Assembly: GCA_019326865.1 (NCBI GenBank)
Contig: GCA_019326865.1_4101.1
From: a phage
DNA: 64,000 bases
Strand: one strand, 5' to 3'
The notes below the pieces were generated by a model. It searched no databases, was not told where the DNA came from, and saw only the letters and a list, made by a program, of their open reading frames with translations. Both the position numbers and the translations under genes were made by a program. Positions 1 through 8,736 of the stretch are shown one piece after another. The stretch's first letter is position 1. Each line of letters starts with the position of its first letter.

Positions 1-1
1 A

Positions 2-388
2 ATTGAAGAGGCTCGTTGTGAAGTAAAGAAGATTGGCATCATTGAAAAAATTGCTCAAGAGATTCCTGGCTGGCATGAGACGCGTCTAAGCCAGCTCCAA
101 GAACTTGAAGCAGTATTGGAAATGTTAGAAATTGAAATGCGTCAGATACAAGCCGAGAAGTTCAAATACTTTCTCGAAGGATACCGACGTGCACTATCTT
201 CATCTGACTGTAAAAAGTATGTTGAAGGTGATAAAGATGTTTGTGAGTTAGCAGAACTTATAAACGAGGTATCTTATATAAGAAATACATATTCTAGTAT
301 TGTTAAATCTTTAGAAATGAAAGCATTTCAATTGAATAACATTGTAAGGCTACGTGCTTCTGGTATAGAGGACGCACGTTTGGAATAA
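2..388 (+). CDS. hypothetical protein, 5' end outside window
   Basis: Frame of ORF 116..388 stays open back to position 2; terminator follows. Confidence 0.5.
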   Translation: MEEARCEVKKIGIIEKIAQEIPGWHETRLSQLQELEAVLEMLEIEMRQIQAEKFKYFLEGYRRALSSSDCKKYVEGDKDVCELAELINEVSYIRNTYSSIVKSLEMKAFQLNNIVRLRASGIEDARLE

Positions 389-396
389 TTATCATT

Positions 397-421
397 AAGG
401 ACGCATCCCGCGTCCTTTTTC
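397..421 (+). terminator. rho-independent terminator
   Basis: Hairpin ggacgc-atccc-gcgtcc followed by TTTTT. Confidence 0.7.
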
Positions 422-438
422 TATGTGAGATTAAACAA

Positions 439-1257
439 ATGACAAAATTAAATGAATTCTTATCAAATGTAGCAGTTCTTGATACTGAAACCACTGGTGT
501 TGAAAGTGATGATGATATTATTGAATTTAGTATCTCATATCCATATACTTCACATGAAAACATTGATACTATTGATAACTATACATTGCGATATAAACCA
601 CTGAAAGATATTCCACCAGAAGCATCGGCTGTTCACTTTATCAGTACTGAGGATGTAGCTAATTGTGTTGGGTATAAAGATGATTTAGATAACATAGATG
701 CACTTATGGGATGCCGTAAGTATTTTGTTGGTCATAATGTACAATTTGACCGTAGAATGATGGTAGATAATGAATATAAATATCGTAACTCAGTTTCACA
801 GTACTTACTCGATGAAGATAAATGGATTTGTACTCTTCGTTTGGCTAAGAAAATGTTTGCAGAAGATACCGAATATAAAAACTTAACTCTAAGTTATTTG
901 TGGTATAAGTTTGGATGCCATCGAGATGTTCACAGACCTATTAATGCTCACGCGGCAAAAGATGATGTATTCATGTGTTATCAGGTTCTAATCAAATTGG
1001 TTGAAATTGCCATCGAACGTGGTCATATTGATTCCAATGGGGATATTGGTGAACAAATAGTAGCTTTTTGTAACACCCCAATGCGTTATCAATTCATGCC
1101 ATTTGGTAAACATAAAGGTGAGCCAATGAATACAGTACCATTGAATTACATTGAATGGATGATCACTAATAGTGACATTTTAGATGCAAGTAACCCTAAC
1201 TGTGATAAAGATTTAGTATATACATTTGAGTACGAATATAATACTCGAACTAATTAA
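439..1257 (+). CDS. DEDD-family 3'-5' exonuclease (DnaQ-like)
   Basis: N-terminal VLDTETTG Exo I motif, later H-x4-D region; 272 aa. Confidence 0.65.
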   Translation: MTKLNEFLSNVAVLDTETTGVESDDDIIEFSISYPYTSHENIDTIDNYTLRYKPLKDIPPEASAVHFISTEDVANCVGYKDDLDNIDALMGCRKYFVGHNVQFDRRMMVDNEYKYRNSVSQYLLDEDKWICTLRLAKKMFAEDTEYKNLTLSYLWYKFGCHRDVHRPINAHAAKDDVFMCYQVLIKLVEIAIERGHIDSNGDIGEQIVAFCNTPMRYQFMPFGKHKGEPMNTVPLNYIEWMITNSDILDASNPNCDKDLVYTFEYEYNTRTN

Positions 1258-1272
1258 TAAAGGTAATCATGG

Positions 1273-2757
1273 ATGAAAACTTGTAAGTTAACCTTATTGG
1301 ATGAGGTGAATTGTAAATTTGAGGGACTTGATCCCTCAATTAGACAAAAGATGATTCGTGCAACTGAATATGTGTTACCATATGCAAAGTTCACACCAGC
1401 AGGACGTATTGGACGTTGGGATGGTAAAGTTCAGTTTATGAATTTAGGTGGAACAACTTATTATCATATGTTAGATAAGTTATTGCCTATTCTTGATGAA
1501 GCTAAGATTGACATTGAATTGGTAGATCATAGGGTAGATTATGGATTTAAATTTGACCCTATTGATGAAGATATTTTTAGTGATGTTGTATTCGGTGCAG
1601 GACACCACATGGAAGGTAAATCCATAAAACTACGTGAACATCAAGTTAATGCGGTTAATGCATGTTTGGCTAATCCACACGGATTACTATTGGCAGCTAC
1701 TGGTGCAGGTAAAACACTCATTACTGCTGCATTGTCAAAGAAAGTGCAAGAGTATGGACGTTCTGTTATAATAGTACCAAGTACTGACTTAGTACAACAA
1801 ACATATGATGACTATATTATGTGTGGGTTGGATACTGGTATGTTCTATGGTTCACAAAAAGATTTTGGTCACCAACATACTATTACAACGTGGCAATCAT
1901 TTAACTCTCTATGGAAGAAAACCAAGAAAGGTGAAATTGAATTAACTGAACAAGATGTTAATGATTTTATCGATGGAGTAGTTTGTGTTATCGTTGATGA
2001 GTGTCAAGGTGCAGGTGGTGACGCATTAGTTCAAGTACTATCTAAAGTTATGAACAACGTACCATTACGTTGGGGTCTTACTGGTACAATTCCGAAAGAT
2101 CCGGTTGTCGCCGCAAAAATCAAATGTAATGTTGGTGATGTTATATTTAAAATAACTGCAAAGGAATTACAAGATAAACAGATACTAAGTACATGTAATG
2201 TAAATTGCATAAAACTAAAAAGTAGTATGAAGTTTGCATCATATGCTGAAGAGTTGAAATACTTAGTAACTGACAGAGATAGAATGGCATATATAGCATC
2301 ATTGATATCTGCGTTATCTGAATCAGGAAACACTTTAGTTTTAGTAGATAGGCTTGAAGCGGGTGAGTTGTTATGTGAATTTTTAGGTATTCCCAAATCA
2401 GAATTTGTTCGTGGAGAAACTAAAAAGAAAGATCGAGAATCATCATATGGTGAAATTCGTTGGGCTGATAATAAAATACTTATTGCGACATACGGTGTTG
2501 CCAGTACTGGTATCAGTATTTCAAGGTTATACAATGTAGTATTGATTGAGCCAGGAAAAAGTTTTGTAAGAACTATACAATCAATCGGACGTGGATTACG
2601 CCGAGCAGAAGATAAAGACCATGTGGAAATATATGATATTAGTGGTTCTAATAAGTATAGTGCAAAACATTTACGTGAACGTTTAGCATATTATAAGGAA
2701 GCACAATATCCGCATAGTATAATAGATGTTAAAGATTGGGAAAACACAGCGGGATAA
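1273..2757 (+). CDS. SF2 helicase (UvsW-like)
   Basis: Walker A LLAATGAGKT, DExx box VIVDECQ, C-terminal helicase motifs; 494 aa. Confidence 0.65.
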   Translation: MKTCKLTLLDEVNCKFEGLDPSIRQKMIRATEYVLPYAKFTPAGRIGRWDGKVQFMNLGGTTYYHMLDKLLPILDEAKIDIELVDHRVDYGFKFDPIDEDIFSDVVFGAGHHMEGKSIKLREHQVNAVNACLANPHGLLLAATGAGKTLITAALSKKVQEYGRSVIIVPSTDLVQQTYDDYIMCGLDTGMFYGSQKDFGHQHTITTWQSFNSLWKKTKKGEIELTEQDVNDFIDGVVCVIVDECQGAGGDALVQVLSKVMNNVPLRWGLTGTIPKDPVVAAKIKCNVGDVIFKITAKELQDKQILSTCNVNCIKLKSSMKFASYAEELKYLVTDRDRMAYIASLISALSESGNTLVLVDRLEAGELLCEFLGIPKSEFVRGETKKKDRESSYGEIRWADNKILIATYGVASTGISISRLYNVVLIEPGKSFVRTIQSIGRGLRRAEDKDHVEIYDISGSNKYSAKHLRERLAYYKEAQYPHSIIDVKDWENTAG

Positions 2758-2768
2758 ACCCGCTGTTT
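2746..2768 (+). terminator. possible terminator hairpin over helicase stop codon
   Basis: cagcggg-ataaa-cccgctg stem-loop, weak T-tract. Confidence 0.4.
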
Positions 2769-2777
2769 GTGATATAA
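2769..2777 (+). promoter_or_regulatory. extended -10 promoter element (TGaTATAAT)
   Basis: TGnTATAAT about 25 nt upstream of next start; same motif recurs at 39580. Confidence 0.4.
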
Positions 2778-2800
2778 TGTGTCATATGTAAACAACAAGG

Positions 2801-3241
2801 ATGTGGAATAAAATGGAATTGAGATCTAGTATTGCTTTTGTCTGTGACCAAGAAACGTTAGAGGTTATGGATGTATTGTTGAATGATGATGGTATTATGG
2901 ATGACATGGTGTCTTCTCTTGACTATATTCCTGAACTAGAAACGGATGATACTAACGTATGGAGATGTAACATTGATGGCGATTCGTGGATTAATATCTA
3001 TGAATTACAAACACGAATTGATTCTAAGGTTGAATCATTGAAATATGATATCATCTATGCAAGTACTGATACAAAAACTTTTATTGATGTAGTAAGTCTA
3101 AGTGGTAATTTTGATTCATATCTTGATACTGATGTGGATAAAATTCAAGAGATGTGTGATACATACGGACTTGAATTTTATGGTGCAGAAGATTTGGATG
3201 ACGAAGACTATTACGATGATGAAGAAGAATCACAGTACTAA
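2801..3241 (+). CDS. hypothetical acidic protein
   Basis: 146-aa ORF, strongly acidic C-terminus (DDEDYYDDEEE). Confidence 0.55.
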   Translation: MWNKMELRSSIAFVCDQETLEVMDVLLNDDGIMDDMVSSLDYIPELETDDTNVWRCNIDGDSWINIYELQTRIDSKVESLKYDIIYASTDTKTFIDVVSLSGNFDSYLDTDVDKIQEMCDTYGLEFYGAEDLDDEDYYDDEEESQY

Positions 3242-3250
3242 GGAGACGAT

Positions 3251-3748
3251 ATGAACGTATTAACACCAGAAAATACATCTTTTGATATGGATTTAGTAAC
3301 AGAACATATCCCTGAAGAAATGTATTGTGTTTTGGATTTAAGTCCAAATGGTGAATCTGATTTTTATTTTAGACATATTCTAAACACCGTATCATTTAAT
3401 AGTATTAGTGCTGATCTTCAAATTGGTGAAAAGATTATTCAAGTGCCTTTAGGATGGCAAATTATGTTAGGGGATGAAGAAACTGGTATGGTTGAGATGT
3501 GCACAATTGAAAACATTCTCAACATGAAAGAACCAAAAGCTTTTGTTTATAATCCTATCCGTTCGATGTATCCTAAGTTTGAGCCAGTAAAAGTACTACG
3601 TGTATTTGCTTTAACAACTAAGTGGCAAATTCCAATGCTACCGAAAAAGAATTTACTCTGTGTGCCGTTACATAGTGGTGAAAATCCACCATGTGTGTAC
3701 TTTGCAGATGAAAATGAAAAAATTCAAGATTTGTATCTAGGAGTATAA
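3251..3748 (+). CDS. hypothetical protein
   Basis: 165-aa ORF tightly packed in + strand operon. Confidence 0.55.
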   Translation: MNVLTPENTSFDMDLVTEHIPEEMYCVLDLSPNGESDFYFRHILNTVSFNSISADLQIGEKIIQVPLGWQIMLGDEETGMVEMCTIENILNMKEPKAFVYNPIRSMYPKFEPVKVLRVFALTTKWQIPMLPKKNLLCVPLHSGENPPCVYFADENEKIQDLYLGV

Positions 3749-3752
3749 AATA

Positions 3753-4595
3753 GTGTTTGATTTCAGTGATATTAAAAATAAGTCAGTCGATGATGATAAA
3801 CCAACACAGCAGTCTTTTTCTATTGCTGAATTTCTAAAACATATTGACCGTGCTGATTATAAGTTCTATAATGACATGACAGAAAAAGAACGAAAAGAGT
3901 TTACACCTTATACTGTTTTGCGATGGGTAAGCTCTTTGGATGATTCTCTTCAAGTTACATATCCAAGTAGTAAAGTTGAAAAAGTATTTGGTAAATGGAA
4001 AGCTGGTGGTAAGGAAACATTAACTGAACTAGTAACTGAATTGAAGTCTTCTGGGACTAATGTTTCATCAGTAACCAAGTACTGTCACGGTGACTATGAT
4101 TGGCGTATTAAATTTGCGGTTCAATCTAAAGATGCTGCACAAAAATTAATATCATCAATGACAGAATTTGGTGTAACTGGTTCTGAAATTGTGTCATTAG
4201 TAGATACTGAAGTTGTAAAATATCAACTTATTATGCTGAATGACATGGTTAATGATGGTTTTTGGGATATGAAAGAACATCCAGAATTAGTATATCAACT
4301 TATGTGCTCAGTGCATGATATGATTGGTGGACAAGAAATGCCCCGTAATTGGTTGAATTTTTCTAAAAATTTCAAAAAAGCAAACAATGAACTATTTGAA
4401 TTAATTAAAAGTTCACAACCTGATACTATTTCTACTCAAATGAATGAAGATGAATATAAAATTGTTTTATTACAGTATGATAAAAAATCATTTGAAACAT
4501 TTCTTGACAATAATGGTTTACAAGATAATGAAAAGAAATCTATGATGAAATTGTTTAAAGATGAATGTAAAAAATATGGAAAAGAAATCAAGTAA
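3753..4595 (+). CDS. hypothetical protein
   Basis: 280-aa ORF, apparent GTG start. Confidence 0.5.
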   Translation: MFDFSDIKNKSVDDDKPTQQSFSIAEFLKHIDRADYKFYNDMTEKERKEFTPYTVLRWVSSLDDSLQVTYPSSKVEKVFGKWKAGGKETLTELVTELKSSGTNVSSVTKYCHGDYDWRIKFAVQSKDAAQKLISSMTEFGVTGSEIVSLVDTEVVKYQLIMLNDMVNDGFWDMKEHPELVYQLMCSVHDMIGGQEMPRNWLNFSKNFKKANNELFELIKSSQPDTISTQMNEDEYKIVLLQYDKKSFETFLDNNGLQDNEKKSMMKLFKDECKKYGKEIK

Positions 4596-5286
4596 TAAAG
4601 TATACACCTGTAAATTTTGTGACCGTGAATTTAAACGAGAAGAAACTGTCAGCACACATAAATGTATAAAACGTGACCGATACGAAGACCGCCAAAGCCG
4701 CCAGATGATGGAGGCTTTTCGTATATATATGCAATTTATGGAATTGAATAAGTTCCCATTTAAAAAAGGCGTGGAGCCTTTTATTGCTTTTATAAAATCG
4801 AAGTACTTTAATGATTTTTATAGTTTCGCAGAATACTATTTGAATAATAGAGATATTATAAATGTGGACGAGTTTGTAAAGAACTTGATTATCACTAACA
4901 GACCAATTACTGAATGGAGTACGTATAAAGCAAAAGATGAATGGATATTAAAAACTATTCGTGCAGAACATCCAAAAGAAGCTATTGCACGAAGTGTAAT
5001 ATCATTGGTTGAATGGGCTGAAAAGTTGAATGTACAATGGAACACCTTCTTTGAAAATGTAAGTTCTGCTCGTGCAATTGCATGGATAGAGAGTGGTAAA
5101 ATTTCACCGTGGATTATATGGCTTGCTCCTAAAAAAAGTACTAATAAGTTTTTTAAAAAACTATCAAACTCAGAAATTGAATATATACTTAAATACATCG
5201 ATCCAAGTTATTTTGAAATAAAAACTATAAAATACAAAAAGGATTGTGATGAAATTAAGATTATGCTATGTGAGGCAGGATTATGA
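4561..5286 (+). CDS. hypothetical protein with C2HC zinc-finger-like motif
   Basis: CKFCDREFKREETVSTHKC near N-terminus; 241 aa. Confidence 0.5.
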   Translation: MNVKNMEKKSSNKVYTCKFCDREFKREETVSTHKCIKRDRYEDRQSRQMMEAFRIYMQFMELNKFPFKKGVEPFIAFIKSKYFNDFYSFAEYYLNNRDIINVDEFVKNLIITNRPITEWSTYKAKDEWILKTIRAEHPKEAIARSVISLVEWAEKLNVQWNTFFENVSSARAIAWIESGKISPWIIWLAPKKSTNKFFKKLSNSEIEYILKYIDPSYFEIKTIKYKKDCDEIKIMLCEAGL

Positions 5287-5612
5287 ATGGAAAAAGTATA
5301 TATAACAAAATACCAGAAGGGTATGTACCTGTACCTAAAGAACAAAAATCAAAACAAATATCTCTACTTCGACAAGGATCTATTACTGAAATAACACTAG
5401 ATGGCAAAACATTTCAAGTTCACGATCCGGCTCGTGTTGAAAAAATAATTTCTTTAGTTGAAAGACATGAAGAGCGATTTTTTAGTTTGAGTCAGGAGTT
5501 AGCAAAGACAAAACAAAATTGTAAAATATTAGAGAAACAAATATCAACGTTAGTTAATACAGTTAAACAGTTACAGGAGCAAATAAAAAATGCAGGATTT
5601 GACCGATTCTAA
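5283..5612 (+). CDS. hypothetical protein
   Basis: 109-aa ORF, coiled-coil-like C-terminus; start overlaps previous stop. Confidence 0.5.
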   Translation: MNGKSIYNKIPEGYVPVPKEQKSKQISLLRQGSITEITLDGKTFQVHDPARVEKIISLVERHEERFFSLSQELAKTKQNCKILEKQISTLVNTVKQLQEQIKNAGFDRF

Positions 5613-6228
5613 ACATTATAGAAAGGCCCGAACTGATATTGACATTGACTTCAAGGATAGTAAAAGTGTAATTGCAAAACTTCCTTGTGTACGAAGTACT
5701 GAAAAAATTACGGAGGATGGTTTAATCCCCCATAATAGTGGTGTTCATTTTGACAATATACCAACTGATCCAATTACTGGTTTGGCTAGTATACAATATA
5801 AAGAAGCTGAAAGGTTAGGATATCAAAAAGTTGATATTCTTTCACAGTCAGCTTACATGTATGTTCGTGATAGAGAACATTTAAAAGAACTAATGAATCA
5901 GGAACCAAATTGGGATTTATTGTTAGAACCCGAAATAGTAGAGCATCTCTCGCAAATTAAAAAACATGTAACATTGTTAAATGTATGGAAGCCTAAATCA
6001 ATAGACGAACTGGCAATGTTTATTGCCATGATTCGCCCAGGAAAAAGGCAGTGCCAAAGTATGAACACATGGGACGAGGTAAAAGCCACCATATGGGACT
6101 ACAGTACTATTGGCACGGACCAAGCAGGAAATAAATTACGATATTTCAAAAAGCCACATGCTTATGCATATAGCTTAATGATTGTTGTACAACTAAATGC
6201 TTTAGTTGAACATCTTACTTCTTCTTAA
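5590..6228 (+). CDS. DnaE (Pol III alpha)-like palm/fingers fragment
   Basis: By-eye motifs matching DnaE in order: DIDIDF (cf PDFDVDF), HNSGV (cf HAGGV), YQKVDIL (cf KFDFLGL), AMIRPG (cf LFRPGP), KKPHAYAYSL (cf NKSHSAAYAL); only 212 aa. Confidence 0.45.
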   Translation: MQDLTDSKHYRKARTDIDIDFKDSKSVIAKLPCVRSTEKITEDGLIPHNSGVHFDNIPTDPITGLASIQYKEAERLGYQKVDILSQSAYMYVRDREHLKELMNQEPNWDLLLEPEIVEHLSQIKKHVTLLNVWKPKSIDELAMFIAMIRPGKRQCQSMNTWDEVKATIWDYSTIGTDQAGNKLRYFKKPHAYAYSLMIVVQLNALVEHLTSS

Positions 6229-6568
6229 GTGCCACATTACGACGTTTGATGCGTTTCTGTGGCAAATTGCTTAAAGAAACTACTGGACCACATACGAAAT
6301 TCACCGATTGTGTATCGAATCTCTGTGTGTACGGTTCAAATTTCTCCATCTCTTCTTGAAAGAATAGACAAACTGGAATGGTTCTATTACTTTGCCACCA
6401 CCAATCATGTGCTATACTTAACAATTCGTCTTGCATTGATTCATTCATATCATCGAAACAATAAAGAGTTGTATACTGTTTGCTTTTGATTTTGATGATA
6501 CCAATAAACGTTTTACCATCATACTGGATTACAGTAATGAATGGTGGGATAGTGTTATATTGATTCAT
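6215..6568 (-). CDS. hypothetical protein (minus strand)
   Basis: 117-aa ORF filling the gap between + genes; basic C-terminus; 3' end overlaps convergent + gene by 14 nt. Confidence 0.4.
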   Translation of the reverse strand: MNQYNTIPPFITVIQYDGKTFIGIIKIKSKQYTTLYCFDDMNESMQDELLSIAHDWWWQSNRTIPVCLFFQEEMEKFEPYTQRFDTQSVNFVCGPVVSLSNLPQKRIKRRNVALKKK

Positions 6569-6625
6569 ATTAGTTCCATAAATATTAGTATAAATTTATA
6601 CCTATTATTTATGGAAGGAAAAACT

Positions 6626-7603
6626 ATGGCTCATCACGGCGTGTTTATGTACCCTTATAACCAGGAAGTATCATTGGGCAATTTTAATATGCCATTTAGT
6701 AATGAAAAACTAACTATCTATCGAGGGGCAAATAATAATTTATCTTTTACTGTTCACAACGCTGATGGAAAATATACTTTATTGAAAGATAATGAATATC
6801 TTACATTTATGATTTTTGATGCACGAAATAATACTAAACTATTTGATGTTGTATTGGAAAAGCAAGAACCAAGTTGGTTATCAGAAAGTGGTCAAGCTCG
6901 TCAAACATTGGGAAATAAAAAGAAAGTATACTATGGATGTATTGTTCCAGCAGGAGTTATTCAAGATACCAGTCCTGGTTCCAAATATAGATGGAGCATT
7001 ACTAAAGTAACTATGGATGGTTCACTTATAGAACCAACACAATATCTATACACTGGAATGAACTTTGAGGCATCAGCGGAGCTAATAATTTCAGACCAAG
7101 CAGCCCCAGTATTTGTTCCTAGTACTGAAATATCTACAGACAAAAATCCAGCCTGGACATCAATAAAGCGTTTATATAATGAACCAATTGGTAATGGTAT
7201 GATAGGTGAGTATGATATACTAGCATCAACTCCACTTCCAGCACAAATGCAGTATGGGTTGGTTGATGGGCTAAGTAGCATTGCAATCTATTTTGATAAA
7301 TTCATTGGAAGAATACAGTTACAAGGATGTTTGTGTAATAATGTACCTAATGATAATGAAAATTATAAATGGTTTATAATCAAATTAGATGGAAAGGATT
7401 ATATTGAAAATGGGATTGATATTGATGGATTTCCAAAAGAGCTTGATGGTATTCAAGCATTTAATTTCAAAGGAAATTATATGTGGTTGCGAATCGTAGT
7501 AGCAATTCATCCTAAAAATGTTCCAGTACCATACGACTATGCTGCTGTGCGAAAAGTGTATAATCCTTTATTAACTGTACCTAAAATTTTGATTCGCAGG
7601 TGA
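6626..7603 (+). CDS. hypothetical protein
   Basis: Start moved to ATG at 6626 after GGAAGGA RBS; about 325 aa. Confidence 0.55.
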   Translation: MAHHGVFMYPYNQEVSLGNFNMPFSNEKLTIYRGANNNLSFTVHNADGKYTLLKDNEYLTFMIFDARNNTKLFDVVLEKQEPSWLSESGQARQTLGNKKKVYYGCIVPAGVIQDTSPGSKYRWSITKVTMDGSLIEPTQYLYTGMNFEASAELIISDQAAPVFVPSTEISTDKNPAWTSIKRLYNEPIGNGMIGEYDILASTPLPAQMQYGLVDGLSSIAIYFDKFIGRIQLQGCLCNNVPNDNENYKWFIIKLDGKDYIENGIDIDGFPKELDGIQAFNFKGNYMWLRIVVAIHPKNVPVPYDYAAVRKVYNPLLTVPKILIRR

Positions 7604-7621
7604 GACAAAATTAGAAGGTGT

Positions 7622-7630
7622 GCTATAATC
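7622..7630 (+). promoter_or_regulatory. extended -10 promoter element (TGcTATAAT)
   Basis: TGcTATAAT about 28 nt upstream of primase start. Confidence 0.4.
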
Positions 7631-7658
7631 ATTTGTAAGAAAAGACAAGGATTAACTT

Positions 7659-8714
7659 ATGAACGCTGTACAAAACATAATGGCACAAATAATGAATGAT
7701 CCAGTACCTTCAATTGGTACATGGTCACATCACAATTGTCCAGCTTGCGTGTTCAGAGGACATTCAAGGCCGGATACAAAGCACCGTGGTAATCATATGT
7801 TCAATGCAGATGGTTCCGTATCATATAACTGCTTTAACTGTAGTTTAAAAACGGGTTGGCAGCCTGGAAAATATATGAGCAAAGATATGGAGTCTTTGCT
7901 CATTTCTTTTGGTGCACAAGATAAAGAAATAGAATTAGTTAAGTTTTATATTAAAGAAATGGTTGATAGTGGAGATTACGCTACACAAGAAACGGTTGTA
8001 TCAAAATTATATGATAGAATAACTGTGCGTGATTTACCATCAAATGCTAAAACATTTTGGGAATGGGCTTCTTTACCAGAAGACAAAATTCCCCGAGAAT
8101 TTTTGAGTGTTTTGCATAACGTCAATGAACGAAATCCATACTTGTTAGATTTAGAATTATATTGGTCACCCAATAAAGAACATAAAATGTATGACAGGTT
8201 TATTATTCCTTATTTCATGAATGGAAAAATCATTGGATACACAGCAAGACACAAATTAAAAGATCCTGGAAGTACATACAGGTTTATAAATCAAGTAAGT
8301 ACTAATATACTATACAATTATGATTTATTAAAAGATGATAGAATAAAAACAATTTTAGTATGTGAGGGACCATTGGATGCTGCATTGATGGGTGGGGTAT
8401 CTGCAAATAACTTTAAACTATCAAATGTACAAATTGATGTATTAAAAGATGCACAACAAAAAGGTAAAAAAATAGTTATTGTTCCAGACCGAGACAAAGA
8501 TGGATTAATAACAATAGAACAAGCACTTGAAAATGGATTCAGTGTGTCGTTCCCAGACTTTGGTGCAGTAAGAGAAGGGAGCACTATACGTCACGTCAAA
8601 GATTTTGAAGAAGCTTGTTCACGATTTGGAAGATTGTTTTGCTTACAATTAATACACGATAGTATAGTAGATGAGCCATTTTATATCAAAGCTCAAACAG
8701 AAAAATGGATGTAA
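7659..8714 (+). CDS. DNA primase (zinc ribbon + TOPRIM)
   Basis: CPAC...CFNC zinc ribbon; TOPRIM motifs LVCEGPLDA and IVPDRDKDG; 351 aa, directly upstream of helicase. Confidence 0.75.
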   Translation: MNAVQNIMAQIMNDPVPSIGTWSHHNCPACVFRGHSRPDTKHRGNHMFNADGSVSYNCFNCSLKTGWQPGKYMSKDMESLLISFGAQDKEIELVKFYIKEMVDSGDYATQETVVSKLYDRITVRDLPSNAKTFWEWASLPEDKIPREFLSVLHNVNERNPYLLDLELYWSPNKEHKMYDRFIIPYFMNGKIIGYTARHKLKDPGSTYRFINQVSTNILYNYDLLKDDRIKTILVCEGPLDAALMGGVSANNFKLSNVQIDVLKDAQQKGKKIVIVPDRDKDGLITIEQALENGFSVSFPDFGAVREGSTIRHVKDFEEACSRFGRLFCLQLIHDSIVDEPFYIKAQTEKWM

Positions 8715-8736
8715 TACATATAATGAGGGAACATAG

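Noticed and set aside
2031-2534. 167-aa minus-strand ORF inside the SF2 helicase gene
   Set aside because: Fully antisense to a well-supported CDS with conserved helicase motifs; low-complexity Ser/Ile-rich translation.
4836-5198. 120-aa minus-strand ORF
   Set aside because: Antisense to + strand gene 4561..5286 in an operon-like context; typical AT-rich antisense artefact.
6259-6489. 76-aa + strand ORF in the 6229-6625 gap
   Set aside because: Overlaps the longer, more protein-like minus-strand ORF 6215..6568 and has no RBS; kept only as the less likely alternative.
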